From positions 612,979 through 676,978 of the forward strand of contig NW_005434640.1 of the NCBI RefSeq assembly GCF_000315625.1: a stretch of 64,000 nt of DNA, written 5' to 3'. The position numbers and the translations under genes are program-made. The notes beneath the pieces are model-generated. The model saw nothing but the letters and a program-made list of their open reading frames with translations, did no database searches and was not told the DNA's origin. Below are positions 12,200 to 24,998 of the stretch, piece by piece; the first letter of the stretch is position 1, and each line of letters opens with the position of its first letter. The stretch comes from Guillardia theta CCMP2712. Its lineage: Eukaryota > Protista > Cryptophyta.

Positions 12200-13340
12200 A
12201 GATTGATTGCTGTCGATGCTTTCCTGAGGCTGCAAGTAGAAGGAGGTTGGGATCAGACGAAGATCAACTGGTGAAGTTCCAGGAATGCTCTCACGTAGGA
12301 ACGAAGATGGGGCAACAGAGGATTTTTGACTGAATTGGCTGTTGTGAGTGAGCGTAGGCAGAAGATCAAGAGAGAACTTTGATCTTTGGTGAGACTCTAG
12401 AGGATGTAGGAGATGAAGAACTGAGGAGGATACTGCAGACTGGGGAGGATGAGGAGGATGGAACGTCAGGCGTGGAGGAGGGTCGGGGGTTTGGAGGCGG
12501 AGATTTGCCCGGAGCAAAAGTAAAAAAATGAGAGATGATGACGGTAGACGGGGTGGGGGTAGATGAGACTTCATCGCTACTATTAAAGTAGGGGTCCTTG
12601 CTGGTGAGAATTCGGTGCTAGGAGGGGGTTACTCGAAATTAAAGGGGTCTCCGGATCCAGGGGTGGTCGTGCGCTTACCAGACTCTGGTAGTGGAGGAAT
12701 CGAGGGGTCATGTGGCAAGGGATTAGGGGGTAGGGTCCTTCCCAGTTGACTTCGACCCCCATAAAGATAGGAAAAAGGTCGGGTGGAGGACCTGGGGAGA
12801 TGCAACTCACGTACCTACCTACCCCTCTGTCCCTGTCCCCTACTCCCCTCGGGTTGAAGAGGTAGGATCCTTGCTGACTTCCAGAGGAGTCCAAAGATTT
12901 GGGTAGAGAGAGGAGAAGGGGTCCTTTTACGCTAAAAAGGGGGGTAGTATGAGACGACAAACGAGAGTTTTCGAAGGACAGAACTGAACCACATATGCGT
13001 TTCAGTTTGTCACGCAATTCTATCTTTTGAATGAGGGGGTGGGGGTGGTACTGTGAAGAGTTGAATTCAAACATGTGCAAGAGAGGGGTACTAATACTTT
13101 GTGAGGGTAGGGTAGGGTATTGAATGTCTGTCGAGCAATCCTGGGGTCATGAGACTCTTGGTGATCGCTGGTCATCAGGGCAATACCGCATGTCACACTG
13201 ATGGGTTCCGAGGACCGGTGGTTGACCCAGTTAAACGGTGGGGTGATCAGGACTTTACCGGTAGTATCACCATTGTTTTGAAGGGGTGGGGGTGGATGGG
13301 CGGTGGGTTCTCATCGATGTCACATTATAACATAATATAA
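12200..13340. promoter_or_regulatory. GGGT/ACCC-rich intergenic block between divergent genes (candidate bidirectional promoter)
   Basis: Repeated GGGGTA/GGGTAG/GGGTG words; no convincing ORF; same pattern at other divergent junctions. Confidence 0.4.
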
Positions 13341-13768
13341 TGAGCCTCGGAAGTTCTGACTCTTCGTTCCGAAGAGTCATCCGCAGACAATCGTGATGCC
13401 GTTACACAACGTTACAAGATCTGATGTGTAACGGAAATCTGCCGTTGCAAAGAATTCGCAGTGTGATCAGTTACATCGGTTACGTTAACGGAAAGATCGT
13501 TGTCCCGTAGGGCCCCTTGTAGTATGGAGATGCGACAAGACGAGGGAGGAGGGCGGGTGGGACCCGGAGCAGGAGAATCAGGAGAAACGTGAGAGAGGAC
13601 AGTAGACGTGAAGGACAAGCATGAGGAGGACACCGCACGGCACTGCCGTAAGATGAAAGCATGACAAACAAACTCTTTTTTGTGGGTGAACTTGATGACA
13701 TGACATTGTCGAGCATCGAATCTCTCGGATACCATGAGTGCGATTGCGTCTAAAACTGAGGCTGAGAC

Positions 13769-16700
13769 ATGAAGTCGGCAGAGCAGAGGAGCGGTACCAA
13801 CGACACCAGCTGCACGGTTTACGCATGGGGTAGAGGCAAGGATCATGTTCTGGGGACAGGGCATGCCTGGATGCACCCAAACCCCACGGCGATGATGCAT
13901 GTGGGTCTCAAGGTGAAGTCTGTGGCATGCGGGGCAAGACACACGCTGCTGCTCTCCTCGCACTTCAAAGTCTTCTCGTGGGGTGAGAGCATGCATGGAC
14001 AGCTCGGCCTAGGAGCGACCAGTGCCCGACAGGCGTCAGTCCAACCAACACATATCGACAAGCTAGACAGTCTCTATGTGGTACAGGTCGCTGCAGGAGG
14101 AAACTGCAGCCTGGCAATCTCGAAGAAGGGGACTATGCTTGCCTGGGGTGACAACAGCATGGAGCAGCTCGGGCTCGGAGCCTCCTTCTCGGGCAAGGCC
14201 AAGGTGTTGGAGCCCAGCAGCATCCTGGGCTTCAGCGTGGAAGCAGAAATTCAGTGGCAGCAGCCGGTGATCGTGAGGGCGAGGATAGGAGGCAGCCATG
14301 GCGCCTGCCTTGACACGTCAGGAAACCTCTTCACCTGGGGCCGTAACGACTGCGGGCAGCTCGGGCTGGGCGATCAAGTAGACCGCAACACTCCCAGCAT
14401 GGTGAAGACACATCAGTTCGTACGAGTGTCAGTGGGCACATCGCATACAGCAGCAGTCGATCATCGATACCAGCTGTGGACGTGGGGGAGCGTGGGGGAG
14501 GGGCGACTGGGACATGGTGTGTTGTTCGAGGAGAAGAAAGAGATCCGAGGCAACGTGGTGAACAAAATCCGCAGGCAACTGAATTTCGTGCTTGAGCCGA
14601 AGAAGGTGGAGTTCTTCAAGCAGAAGAGGATCGGGTTGGCAGATGTAGCCTGCAGCAATAGCTTCACCATCGCCCTTGATAGGAAGGGAAGGTTGTGGAG
14701 CTGGGGAGCGGGGATGTACGGTCAGCTGGGAAGGGGTTCGGACAATCTGACGTCTGACTTCCCCGAGCTGATTGAGATCCTCCTGCCTGATGAGCCGCCG
14801 GACTTGTTCCAGCAGAACCTCGAGCATCGACGCTCGCTGCGACGAAACTCTGCGTCCTTCCTGTTTCGCAACTCCTTCTCGCTCAAGAGCCTTGCTAGTG
14901 GAACCAACGACACCGACACGCCGCTAGAGTCCCCGGACGAGAGGAAGCAGCGGTCGTTCATCATGCGACACTCGTCGAGGAAGATGACGAGCGAGGTACA
15001 GGAGCTGAGGGCTGACTCGCCTGAAGGGAAGAGACTCTCCTTCGAAGCCGACGGGCTCGTCGACGAGCGAGTCTGCATTTCCCAGCTTGTAGTCGGCAAG
15101 TCCCACGCCTTCGCGGTATCCAAGAAGGGGCAACTTTTCTTTTGGGGCAAAGGAGACTTTGGACTGGCAGGAAACGGGGATTCAAGGTGTCAGCATTCGC
15201 CAATTGCGGTTCCGAGCATGAGAGAAGATGTGTCGCTGGTGGGAACGGGGGATCACTTCGCCATAGCGGTCAGGTACCAGGACCGCAAGTCGCTGGTGTC
15301 CCGGGGCTACCGCCTCCTCACCCTCCCCAACACTCAGGGGATAGTGCACGTGCTCGAAGAGGTTGACCGAGCTCGGCCAGAGGCAAAGCTCAAGGAGGAG
15401 GACAAGGTCGACCAACGACGTGCGCAGGATCTCAACGATGCGAGCAAGCAACTGACCAATAACGCCTACACGTCAAGCAAGGAGTGGAAGAACAAGTACC
15501 AGTCGCTGGTTCCCGGAGCTGAGCACTTTCTGGAGCTTGAGGGGTGGGATCTGCTTGATGGCCCTTACCTCGACACCTCTCTTCCTCAGGATCCGGCCCT
15601 GGACCTCATGACGCCTGGCGGGATCAAGTCGCTGTGGTCGCAGTACAAGACGGCGAAGAAGGTGGAGGACCCGGGGAGGCGAGAGGTGACAGGCAACAGG
15701 ACGGACCGGAGAAGGAGCTTGGAATACGTCTTGCTGCCCCCGAAGCCTCTGCATAGCTCCGATCGCCTTCCATCGACGCTCAAAGACGCCATGGCCGTGG
15801 AGACTTTGTCGCTGTACGAGGAGGAGCACAAGGAGCTTCGGCAGCGGGAGAGGACCAGGATCCTGAGCGCCCATCGCAGATCCAGCGAATCGCAGGGGCC
15901 GCGAACAACCTTCGGTACCGAAAGTCGTTTCAAGCGAAGAGACCCCGAGGAACAAGACGGTAAAGTCACTCAGATCGCCAACGATGTTGGGTACGTCCCA
16001 GCTGGGATCGGGCTGGTGCTGACCGCAAACTTGCGCTTCGATTCGGTGGAGAAGGAGGTCAGGGTGAAGGAGGTGGTGAGGGGGGGTTCAGTGCACCAGA
16101 GCGTGCTAGCTGAGAAGAGCGTGCTGGGGGTGGATGACGTGATCATGGAGGTTGATGGACGACAAGTGAAGGACCTCTTCGACTGCAGGCGAGCACTGAT
16201 GGGTCAGCCGGGTACCTCGGTCTCTGTCACTTTCATGCACAGGGACAAGAACGGGGTCAGTGTCGTACACACGAGCTTCTTCCCGAGGATGTACGTCGAG
16301 GGCCCGCGGGCTGCTGACCGGGGGGGGCACGAGGAGGAAGCAGAGGCCAACAAGACGCCGAGGTTTTACAACAGTCGCAGTCACAAGACACCAGTGGCCC
16401 TGACAGAGGAGCAGGAGAGGGAGGTCGTGGAGGTGGCTCAGGAGCTGCCTCGTGGCTCCTTAAGCCTGCGAGCGCTGCAGAGGAAGCTGGTCGACCGGCA
16501 TCCTGCATGGAGGGAGAAGGTCTCAGACGTGCTGGTGCTGGTGGGGGCCCTGAAGAGGAACCGCCTCTTGCCCTGGGTCTGTGCGAGCGAGGCGAGCGAG
16601 GCTGAGAAGGAGAGGGAGGAGCGGGAAGTTCTGAGTGCTCGGCCTGACACGGCCCGGGCCTCCTCAGGAGCTCCGACGGCCCTCGGATTGAGGAGATCAG

Positions 16701-18295
16701 ATACGCTGGAGTCGCAGGAGATTGTGGAGAAACTTCAGCTGGGAAAACTGTTGCGAGCTGGACCGACGCGGCGGCCACTCTCGATGCCGCGGGACAAGGC
16801 CGTTGTTCCCAAGACCCTCGTGGAAGGGAGCGCAAGGCCCAGCCCGGGCCCAGCTGACTATGCCGTGACGTACGGAAACATTGGGAGCGCGAAGAAAGGC
16901 TTCACCTTCACCAGCAGAGCAACTGAGATCGTCCCAGGGACACCTGGCCCAGCTGACTACCAGCAGACGGGCGAGAAGGACGGTGGACCTCGAGGGCCAA
17001 CGTTTCAGTTCAGACCTCGGACGGCGCTGGTGCGGGTCGATCCTCCTCCTCCTCCTCCTCTCCTGTCCGACATCGTGTCGACCTTCGATGGCAAGGTGAG
17101 CCCGCACAGGAGGAGCGTGCATGGCGGAGCTCCCAGCTACAGCATCGCCTCCCGCAAGCTGTGGGAGACGCAGAGGCACTTGGAGTACGGGGAGAGCTTC
17201 GACGCGCTCAGCTCTAAGTGGGTGAGAGACGGAGCTGGTCCGGGACAGTACAAGCTTCCTGCCTCAACAGGCTCTGCCTTCTCCTTCCCCTCGAGCGAGC
17301 GCTTCGCTGAGGAGCGAGGAGCGAGCATCAATGCAGAGCTCCTCTTCCCGGGTGTCTGCAGAGACGGGACGGCTGCAGGAGTGGGCGGGGGGCTCAAGTT
17401 CACGATGGGGGGCAGGTATGTGAGGAGCGAAGAGGATGAGAACATGCCCGGGCCAGGTTCCTACGAGGTCAGCCCTCCCGAGAGGGGAGGAGACAAGGGC
17501 CCCTCGATGGCGGCTAGATACCCCTCCTCCTCCTCCTCCTCTGCTGCGCCTGGCCCAGGAGCGTATCGTCCGGAAAACTTCGAAGCCATCGGCTCTGAGC
17601 TGGTGGCGGTTGGAGCTGCCAGTCGGATGCAGGAGGAGAAGGAGAGGAAGAGAGTGGGAGAGCAGAGAGCGCAGGTCAACTTCTCGCTAGCCAACAAGCT
17701 GATCGACGACCTGAGGAGGAGGCTGAAGAAGATCTTCAAGAGCCCGGAGGAGGCCTTCGCCTTCCTCGACGAGAAGGAGGACCAGCGAGTCACCTTCAGG
17801 TCCCTGCGTGCTCAGCTCGAGAGTATCAAGATCAAGCTCGATGACGACGAGATGCGGCTCATTGCTGCCAAGCTCGACCGGGTGAGCTGAGGGATAGCTG
17901 GGTTTTCTGTCTTGACCTTTTTCTTTGTCACGTCAGAATCGGGACGGCATCATCAGCGTGGAGGAGTTTCTCGCCTCCTTCACTTGGGGGGTTCAGGTGC
18001 AGACGCCCAGGGAGCGTCTGCAGAAGCTGGTGGAGACGTGCAAGCGGAGGATCGAGATCGTGAAGCAGATCAAGCAGCGGATGGTCGAGCGAGACTTCAG
18101 CACGAGGAGGAAGCTGGTGGTACCCTCGGAGCCCGTCACTCAAAGGTCTGGGAGGAACTGCGAGGAAGCGGTCTGACGTGCAGACAGGCAAGATTCCAAG
18201 AAGAAGAGGAAGATGCACATCTTTCTACGACCTGCTCCACCTGCGAGCGCGAGGAACGACACGAAGAGAGGATACTCCTTTCGCAAACAGACGTG
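13769..18295 (+). CDS. Multidomain RCC1-repeat + PDZ + STPG/SHIPPO (PGPGxY) repeats + EF-hand pair protein
   Basis: RCC1 blades (VACGARHT..FSWG..GQLGLG; FTWGRNDCGQLGLG); PDZ (GIGLVL..VIMEVDG..LMGQPGTSVSVTF); SPGPADY/TPGPADY/GPGQY/PGPGSY/PGPGAY; EF loop LDR|NRDGIISVEEF across the intron after 17881. May have additional 5' exons. Confidence 0.85.
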
Positions 18296-18450
18296 ATCGA
18301 CCCATCCAACTCCATCAGCTTCGTCGATTCTGTACTCGATCAGTTTCACGTTCTTGTAAACTACTACAATCATTCTGCCAAATATCACAAGGTGGTAGGA
18401 GCAGAGGCTGGCAGTAGGTGGCTCTCCCGAATGACTTGCTCTCGCAGCTT

Positions 18451-19401
18451 TCACTTCTTCTTCTTCTCTGCCTTGGCTCCTTCCAGACGGGCTTTGACGT
18501 TTGATATGGATACCGGATTTCCCTTTCCGTCTACCTCCATCCAGTCGTCGGAGAGATCGACTGCAAGCATCGTCATCCTCCTCTTTCCTCACCATCCTCC
18601 TCTTTCCTTCTCCTCCTCCTCCTCCTCCTCCTCCTCCTCCTCCTCCTCCTCCTCCTCCTCCCTCAGCCTTCTCCTCCCTCACCATCATCAAACTTCGAGC
18701 CGTCTGCTGCCTCAACAAGATAACCGTCTCGGATCTCGTACTCGTACTGCCAACATCGTGAGAAGCTCTTCCTGGCACTCCCTCCCTAACCGGGTCCATG
18801 CCACGGCACTCGAACGCAGCGATCCTCTGCCATTCCTTCCCTCCCTCAGTCCATGCCTCCTTCTCGTCGTAGGGCTGGACGGTGATGTCGTGCTCTCTCC
18901 CGCATCCCTTGCATTTGTACTTGAGATTGACGCTGGCGCCTGCAAAGAACCGTCAACAACCTGGTCCTCCGGTCCTGTCCTCACCTCGAATCCCTTCCAC
19001 CACATCGTCTCTGCTCACTCCAACGGCATTGGGGGTCTCCTCGTGGCAGGTTGTGCATCTCAGGCGCAGGAAGAACGTATGGTCTTCAGGGACACGAATC
19101 CTGCATGAACATGATCAGCACTGCGCCACGACAATCAGGACAGGGGCATGATTCCGTCAGGTGACGAGTATTCTCTTGCGCATTCTCTCATAATTTCATA
19201 ACTTTCACATCTTGTCGCAGCATTTCAACACAGTTCAATGAAGAACAGGACAATCCATGTAGCACGTGTGAAGGCTGGTACATGACGAAGGGAGAAGGAG
19301 GAGGCAGAGGTGGAAGAGTGGACGGAATCTTGCTGCAGGAGGATGGGTCCAACTGACCTGGCGACGTTCTCAGTCTCTGCTGAGATGGAGAGAGCGATCA
19401 T
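18451..19401 (-). CDS. CZIB: CXXC zinc-binding protein (DUF866/UPF0587, C1orf123-like)
   Basis: MIALSISAETENV..FFLRLRCTTCHE..GASVNLKYKCKGCGRE..AAFECRGMDP..FDDVDLSDDWMEVD..PVSI. Confidence 0.85.
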
Positions 19402-20177
19402 GGCTGCTCTGCTGGGAGTGGCGAGGAGCAGGAGCAGGAGCAGCAGGAGAAGCGAAATGGTCGCTGGACCTCTTGTTCACAATGGTAAGGGGGGTACCTG
19501 ATGGACCCCTTCTTTGGCTGTAAAAATATGGGGTGATCTGCAAGCTGGAAATTGGAGTGGTGGGGTGAGGGGGGTGGTCTGAAACTTTCCAACTTCACTA
19601 TCTGAACTTTCATCCATTTTCTAGGCACCAAACTCTCGAAAGTTCTGACCGTTATTATTCCGTTTGTGACCTCCCAAGATTTTCCGCTGGGTACCACCCA
19701 CCCCCCCATCGCCCCGCCCGCGGCTCGGTCTGTACCAGGGTCTGTACCCGGCCGAGGTCAGTCGTACAACTCTACCCCCACCTCCTCATGAAGTTTATCA
19801 GTACCCCTGCACCCAACCTTTCTTCTAATTACCCCTTCTTCGAGTGCCAACTTGTGTAGAAAGACCCGTTATTATTGATCATTGACCCACCCCATTGGTA
19901 GAACGATAACCCCTACCCCACCACCGAAATTTACCGCGGTCAACATGTACCTGGCAAACTGACTGCATGCCGCCCGGGCGCAGACTCGAGAGTCTTCTTC
20001 CTCCGCCGTCCTGTTCTCTGCCCCCTGTGCTTGCCCTCTACCTCTCACCACCTATCACCTATCACCCCACAGAGTACAGATCCATCTCAGAATCATTGTT
20101 GAATGGAAGACAAATGCCCCTTAAAAGAACAAACGATTCAACTCTGTTGTTTGGTTGTTCATTTTGAACAGACGATT

Positions 20178-21224
20178 ATGACACAGTCATCTCAAGCAGG
20201 AATGGGGTCAAGATTTGTCTTTGTCGAGAGGCCACTAGATCCCATCTTTGAAGATTTGCTCAGGTTCGAATTCACACCACTTTACACATACCATGATTCT
20301 GATGGGCTCGCCTTCAGCGTACAGACGATCAAGGATTTTGACAACCGAGTGATGGAAATCTACTCTACCATAGATGTGCAAGGAAGAAACAAGATAAATT
20401 ACAACCAGCTATCAGACTCGCTCAAACGGTGATTGCTTTTGGGCCAGCTGAATTGTGTTGTCTGAATGCGTGTGATTCAGGGTGAAGATCGAACCCCAGA
20501 TTCGACTCTCAATTGATGATTACGAGAGGATTGTGGAACATCTAGGAAAAACCAAATTAGACTGTCTTTCATCAAGTGAATTTCTTGCGGCCGTGAAAGA
20601 AGAGTTCCTCGATTTCTGTCAACGACATATCGACAAAGCTATCCCAACAGTACATAAACATGACCCACAGCTGACTCTTACAATGTGAGGACATCCTATG
20701 AACTCTCTCTTCTTGACAGCATATTTCCTTTGCAGGGCAGCGATAAGGATGCTCTTGTCCGAGAAGGAGCAGCGGAAGGCGATCTTGGACCTCCAGGGCT
20801 CATCGCGCGAGCAGGATGCAATCATTCAGAACTTACAGCAAGAGATGGCGCAAATGAAGGTGAGAAAGTGACACGACTGTGATGAAGATGACAGTCTACC
20901 GGGTTGTGCAGAGGACATTTCGCGCTGCCATTGAGCTCTTCTACTCTCGTACCTGCTGTGCTCATCTTAGAGATGCTGGATGTGAAAACGATGTTTTCAG
21001 GCTCTGAAGAGATGGAGAGGGAGATCGACACGATTAAGCAGAAATTTCAAGGTGCCCTAACTTCTCTGTCTACTGCCTCGTGCTCTGACCAAGACTGGAA
21101 GAAATCGAAGAGCTCTCGGCGTGCTCGACTCCGCGCAGGTCCAAGTCTTCTTCGCCTCCACCAGGCTCGCAACGTCGGCCAACTTCAGGTGAGCGGGTAC
21201 TTGCCCGGGGTGGGTCTGGTCTGA
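20178..21224 (+). CDS. Hypothetical EF-hand-like + coiled-coil protein
   Basis: Exons PLDPIFEDLL..IYSTIDVQGRNKINYNQLSDSLKR|VKIEPQIRLSIDDYERI..|AIRMLL..QQEMAQMK; ends uncertain. Confidence 0.5.
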
Positions 21225-21639
21225 AGCTCGAAAAGTAGTCGCAGCTCGAAATGTCAGCGCACGAGTTACGAACCAAACAAGATCGGTATCTGTTACAGCT
21301 CCCCTCACCGCTATCTTCCTAATCGTTCGATGACTACAGAGATCGGCAGGCCAACAACAGGAGAACAAGTCACATCACACGTCAAACAGCTCAAGTCAAG
21401 TTGCTATGAAACGATTGAATGACTTGCACAGCAAGGTAAAGACTCGCCGCGGCGAGTCACATTGAGGCTGATCTCGCTCCCCTCACGGTATTGACATCAG
21501 GTATCTCACTTCAAGACTGCTCTGCACCAAGCGCAATAGAGCAATCCATGAACCCGTCACTGATTTGCCGCAGTTTAAGTTGGCCCTTGTAGAGTTCATC
21601 ATGTGTACATTAAACCCTACCGTACTACTCAGTGACTAG

Positions 21640-21860
21640 TAGAGTCCGATCACTGTTCAACGGTTACCGGCTCTGCAGCTGGTGGGCGGCCAGTGCGTCC
21701 GATCACCTGGCGGCCACAGTGGGCCAGCCGGGGGCCCACGAGTACGGTCCGATCCGGGCCGGGCGCCGCCGGGCGTCACTCAATGCCGTACTGTGGCCCG
21801 GGGGACTCCCGTCAGTTCCCGGCCCGGAGGCCCCGAACTTGGCTGAACGCCCGGCGGATG
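21640..21860. other. GC-rich block of short palindromic words (intergenic)
   Basis: GTACGGTCCGATCCGGGCCGGG, CCCGGG, GGCC, ACTCAGTGACTAGT words. Confidence 0.6.
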
Positions 21861-21942
21861 TGGGCACTGCAAGGCTTGCACAAGGAAACTGGGGATGGCA
21901 GGAGTTGAGGCGTAACAGGAGGAGCGAAGAGCAGGAAAGAAG

Positions 21943-22685
21943 ATGGCGAGAAGGAGCGACAGAGGAGGGTCAGAGATACGATACAGCATGCAAGGAGCTG
22001 CTCCTTGTGCCTGGGGGGCAGCACGATCAAGACTACAGCTTCTCTGTATCGTCTGCTGCTCGAGTTTCCTCCCTTGCCTGGTCGCTCCCTCCTCCATCCG
22101 AGGAGTTCCCTGTTCAGCCTCCTGTTATACCATCTGTCGTCCTCGTCTGAGAGGAGGAGGAGAAGAATTCTTCACTCCCGTGGGATACGAGCCCTCTCCC
22201 GTCATAGGGAAGCAGCCAGCGCAGGAGGACGATCACCACGAGGACGAGGCTAAATATGAACCTTTGAAGTTCCCCATCCGCGTTGACCCTGACAGCCCGC
22301 CCGAGCACTACCCGGTGCAAGGTGAGGGTGTTGCTGCTGGCTCTGACTCGGCCATGGCAGTACGACGTGTGGGAGTGCATCGTGACTGGGCCGTTGTCGG
22401 ATCGAAGTCTCATCAATGCGAAGTACCTGGAGGAGGAAGACGCCTCCATGTCGGTTGTTCCTCATGCTGCTGCTGTATGGTTGACCCCAGGGCAGTGAGG
22501 GAGTGATAACGATGCGCCTGCCTGAGCATGAGATCGTCATCCAGGCAACGTGTCCTTGTCTAGCGACTCACGTCTGATGTCACGCTCGACAGATGGAAAG
22601 AAGGAGCGCAGGGGCAATCAGATTCAGCTCGGGTTGTCAGGACAAGGAATGTCATGTGATGGTGATGGTGATGGAGATGGAGATA

Positions 22686-22771
<86 letters not shown>

Positions 22772-23793
22772 CGAAATGGAGATGGAGATGATGATGGTGG
22801 TGGTGGTGATAATGATGGTGATGATGATGGTGGTGATGATGATGATGATGATGATGATCGAAATGGAGATGGAGATGATGATGGTGGTGGTGGTGATAAT
22901 GATGGTGATGATGATGGTGGTGATGATGATCGGAGCTACTGCAGGTATACGAGATCTCCTCTGACGGTTTCGAATGCCAACGAGTTGAGACTGGGAATGG
23001 AGAGCTTGAGAGCAACTGTACCGCAGAGGAGGAAGGGGATGGGGGGAGGAAGCTATCGGCATGGTTCTGCCCTGATTCTGTGAGGAGGAAAGTACCATTG
23101 CTTCTCAAAACAAACGCTCAACTTCTGTGCAGAATCACGTCCCTGGAGGGGAAGGTTGGATTCTGGCAAACAGGGATGTTCATGAAAGATCCAGTCTCGC
23201 AACTCAAGATTGTAACGCCTCCTCTCATTCTTTCTGCCCCATCTTCTTGGGAGTTTCATCGTCTTCATTCGCTCTCCCTCGACCTTCTTCCTCTCCTCCC
23301 TCTCCCTGCTCAGCTATTTTCCCTGCCTTGCTGGTTTTCTCCTTCCTCCACCCGCATGTCCATTGCGCTGCCCTGCTGATTTTCTCCTCCTCGATCTTCT
23401 TCACTTTGACGTTGATGCAGCTGCGAGTGGGAAGATGGAGCATGGAGCTCGTATGGCCAGGATTCAACGTGAGCAGGAAGGCTTACGAGTCCATAGATGA
23501 CGTGGCATGCGGCAGATTTGCGTCCTGAACCTTCACGCTGGCGACCTGCAACTTTGGCTGACTCAGAACGGGTGAGGAGGGGAGGAGCAGCAGGCGTCTG
23601 GTGAGGAAGAAACAGGTTCTACTTCTTCGGAGGGAAGGAGGGGTGCACGGCTACCAAGACGCTGGTGGGAGGATGCGTGAAGGTGCAGTATCGGCTGCCT
23701 TGAGGTTCCTGTGTGAGGCGATCTGAGCAGGTGGAGGGAGGGAGCGGAGGGCCAAGACGCATCAAGCCCACTGATGGGAAGGAAGAGCTGTAA
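21943..23793 (+). CDS. Hypothetical protein with signal-like leader ending RPRLRGG
   Basis: LQLLCIVCCSSFLPCLVAP..RPRLRGG-GEEFF..; the last exons splice in frame: WSMELVWPGFN|ICVLNLHAGDLQLWLTQNG|FYFFGGKEG..|VEGGSGGPRRIKPTDGKEEL*. Confidence 0.55.
22655..22930. repeat. (GAT/GGT)n compound microsatellite with an 87-bp tandem duplication (probably intronic)
   Basis: The CGAAATGGAGATGGAG.. unit starts at 22772 and again at 22859. Confidence 0.9.
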
Positions 23794-24186
23794 GTCAGGA
23801 TGGATGGGGGGCTGGCGATGATGGCGGAGAGCTTAAGGAGAGGTGGGAGAGTGATGGGAGGAAGGGGAAGAGGGAGGAAAGTGAAAAGGGAGGTCGAGAA
23901 AGAGATTCAGGTCTGATGAAAATGTTTCTGTCCTACAGCTCCAACGTAGTTCTTGAGGGACTTGTTGCCTTCAGAGGAGATGTAGTTCCTTCTATCCCAC
24001 CAGGTTCATGCAGTCGAACTCTATCCCTCCTCTCTTCCCCTCCTCCCTTCCCCCTCTCTTGCTCATGTGTTGTCTGCCGCTCCCTTTCCTGTCTTGTCTC
24101 CTTCTCCTCCTCCTCTTTCTCTGTATGTCCTTCTTCGTCCTGCTGTCGGATCGCATTTTTCTTCATCCCTTCCCTTCTCTTCCGCC

Positions 24187-24914
24187 ATGTCTCGGATGGT
24201 TTCATCATGTGCTCCATACACAGAGGCCATGATGAGGAGGAGGCGCGTGAGGAAGACCAACCTGCGAGGAGGAAGCGAGTACTACCAGGAGTTCATGCAA
24301 GTCATGTCCGCCGGGGCAAAATGTGAGATGTGAAACTCCACAATGATGGGCAGGAGAAGTAGAATGTGAGAGTAGGAGATGACCAGTGAGAAGATTGTAC
24401 GAGGAGGGATGAAAATTTCTCTCGTGACTCTTGTGTCTTTCAGCTGTTGAGGACATGAGCAAGAAGGAGGAGGAGCAAATGTGAGCTAAGGAGATGGGGT
24501 TTTATGGAATTCTAGTGAAGTGAGATTGCAGGAAGAAATTCTCTACGATGAATTTCAAGTGAGAGATCCTTGAAAACTTTGCCAGGAGATGACACAATGA
24601 AATCTTTCCTGCTGCTCTCCTTCGTTCCACCAGAGAGTTGTTCAGTGTCATGTGCAAGGTGAAAAACCCTCGGCAGGACTCCAACTTGTCTTGATGCAGT
24701 CTTGACAGGAGTTGAACATGTTCCCACAACAGTCCAAGTGAGGAACAGAATGATGGCCGCCTTCGATTCTGATCGCCTCTTCCCTCCTCCTCTTCTCTCT
24801 CCTCCTCCCATCTTCGTCGTTCCTCCCATTTCATCATCCCTCCTCCTCTCTCCTTGCAGATACTTCGAGGTGTTGTGGGACAGGAAACGACCCAACGAAG
24901 ATTCTTGCACTCAG

Positions 24915-24998
<84 letters not shown>

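Noticed and set aside
12583-13340. ORFs in the GGGT-rich block
   Set aside because: No recognisable motif; composition matches other intergenic blocks.
22550-23108. Poly-His, poly-Asp, poly-Met and poly-Ile ORFs
   Set aside because: Six-frame artefacts of a (GAT)n tract.
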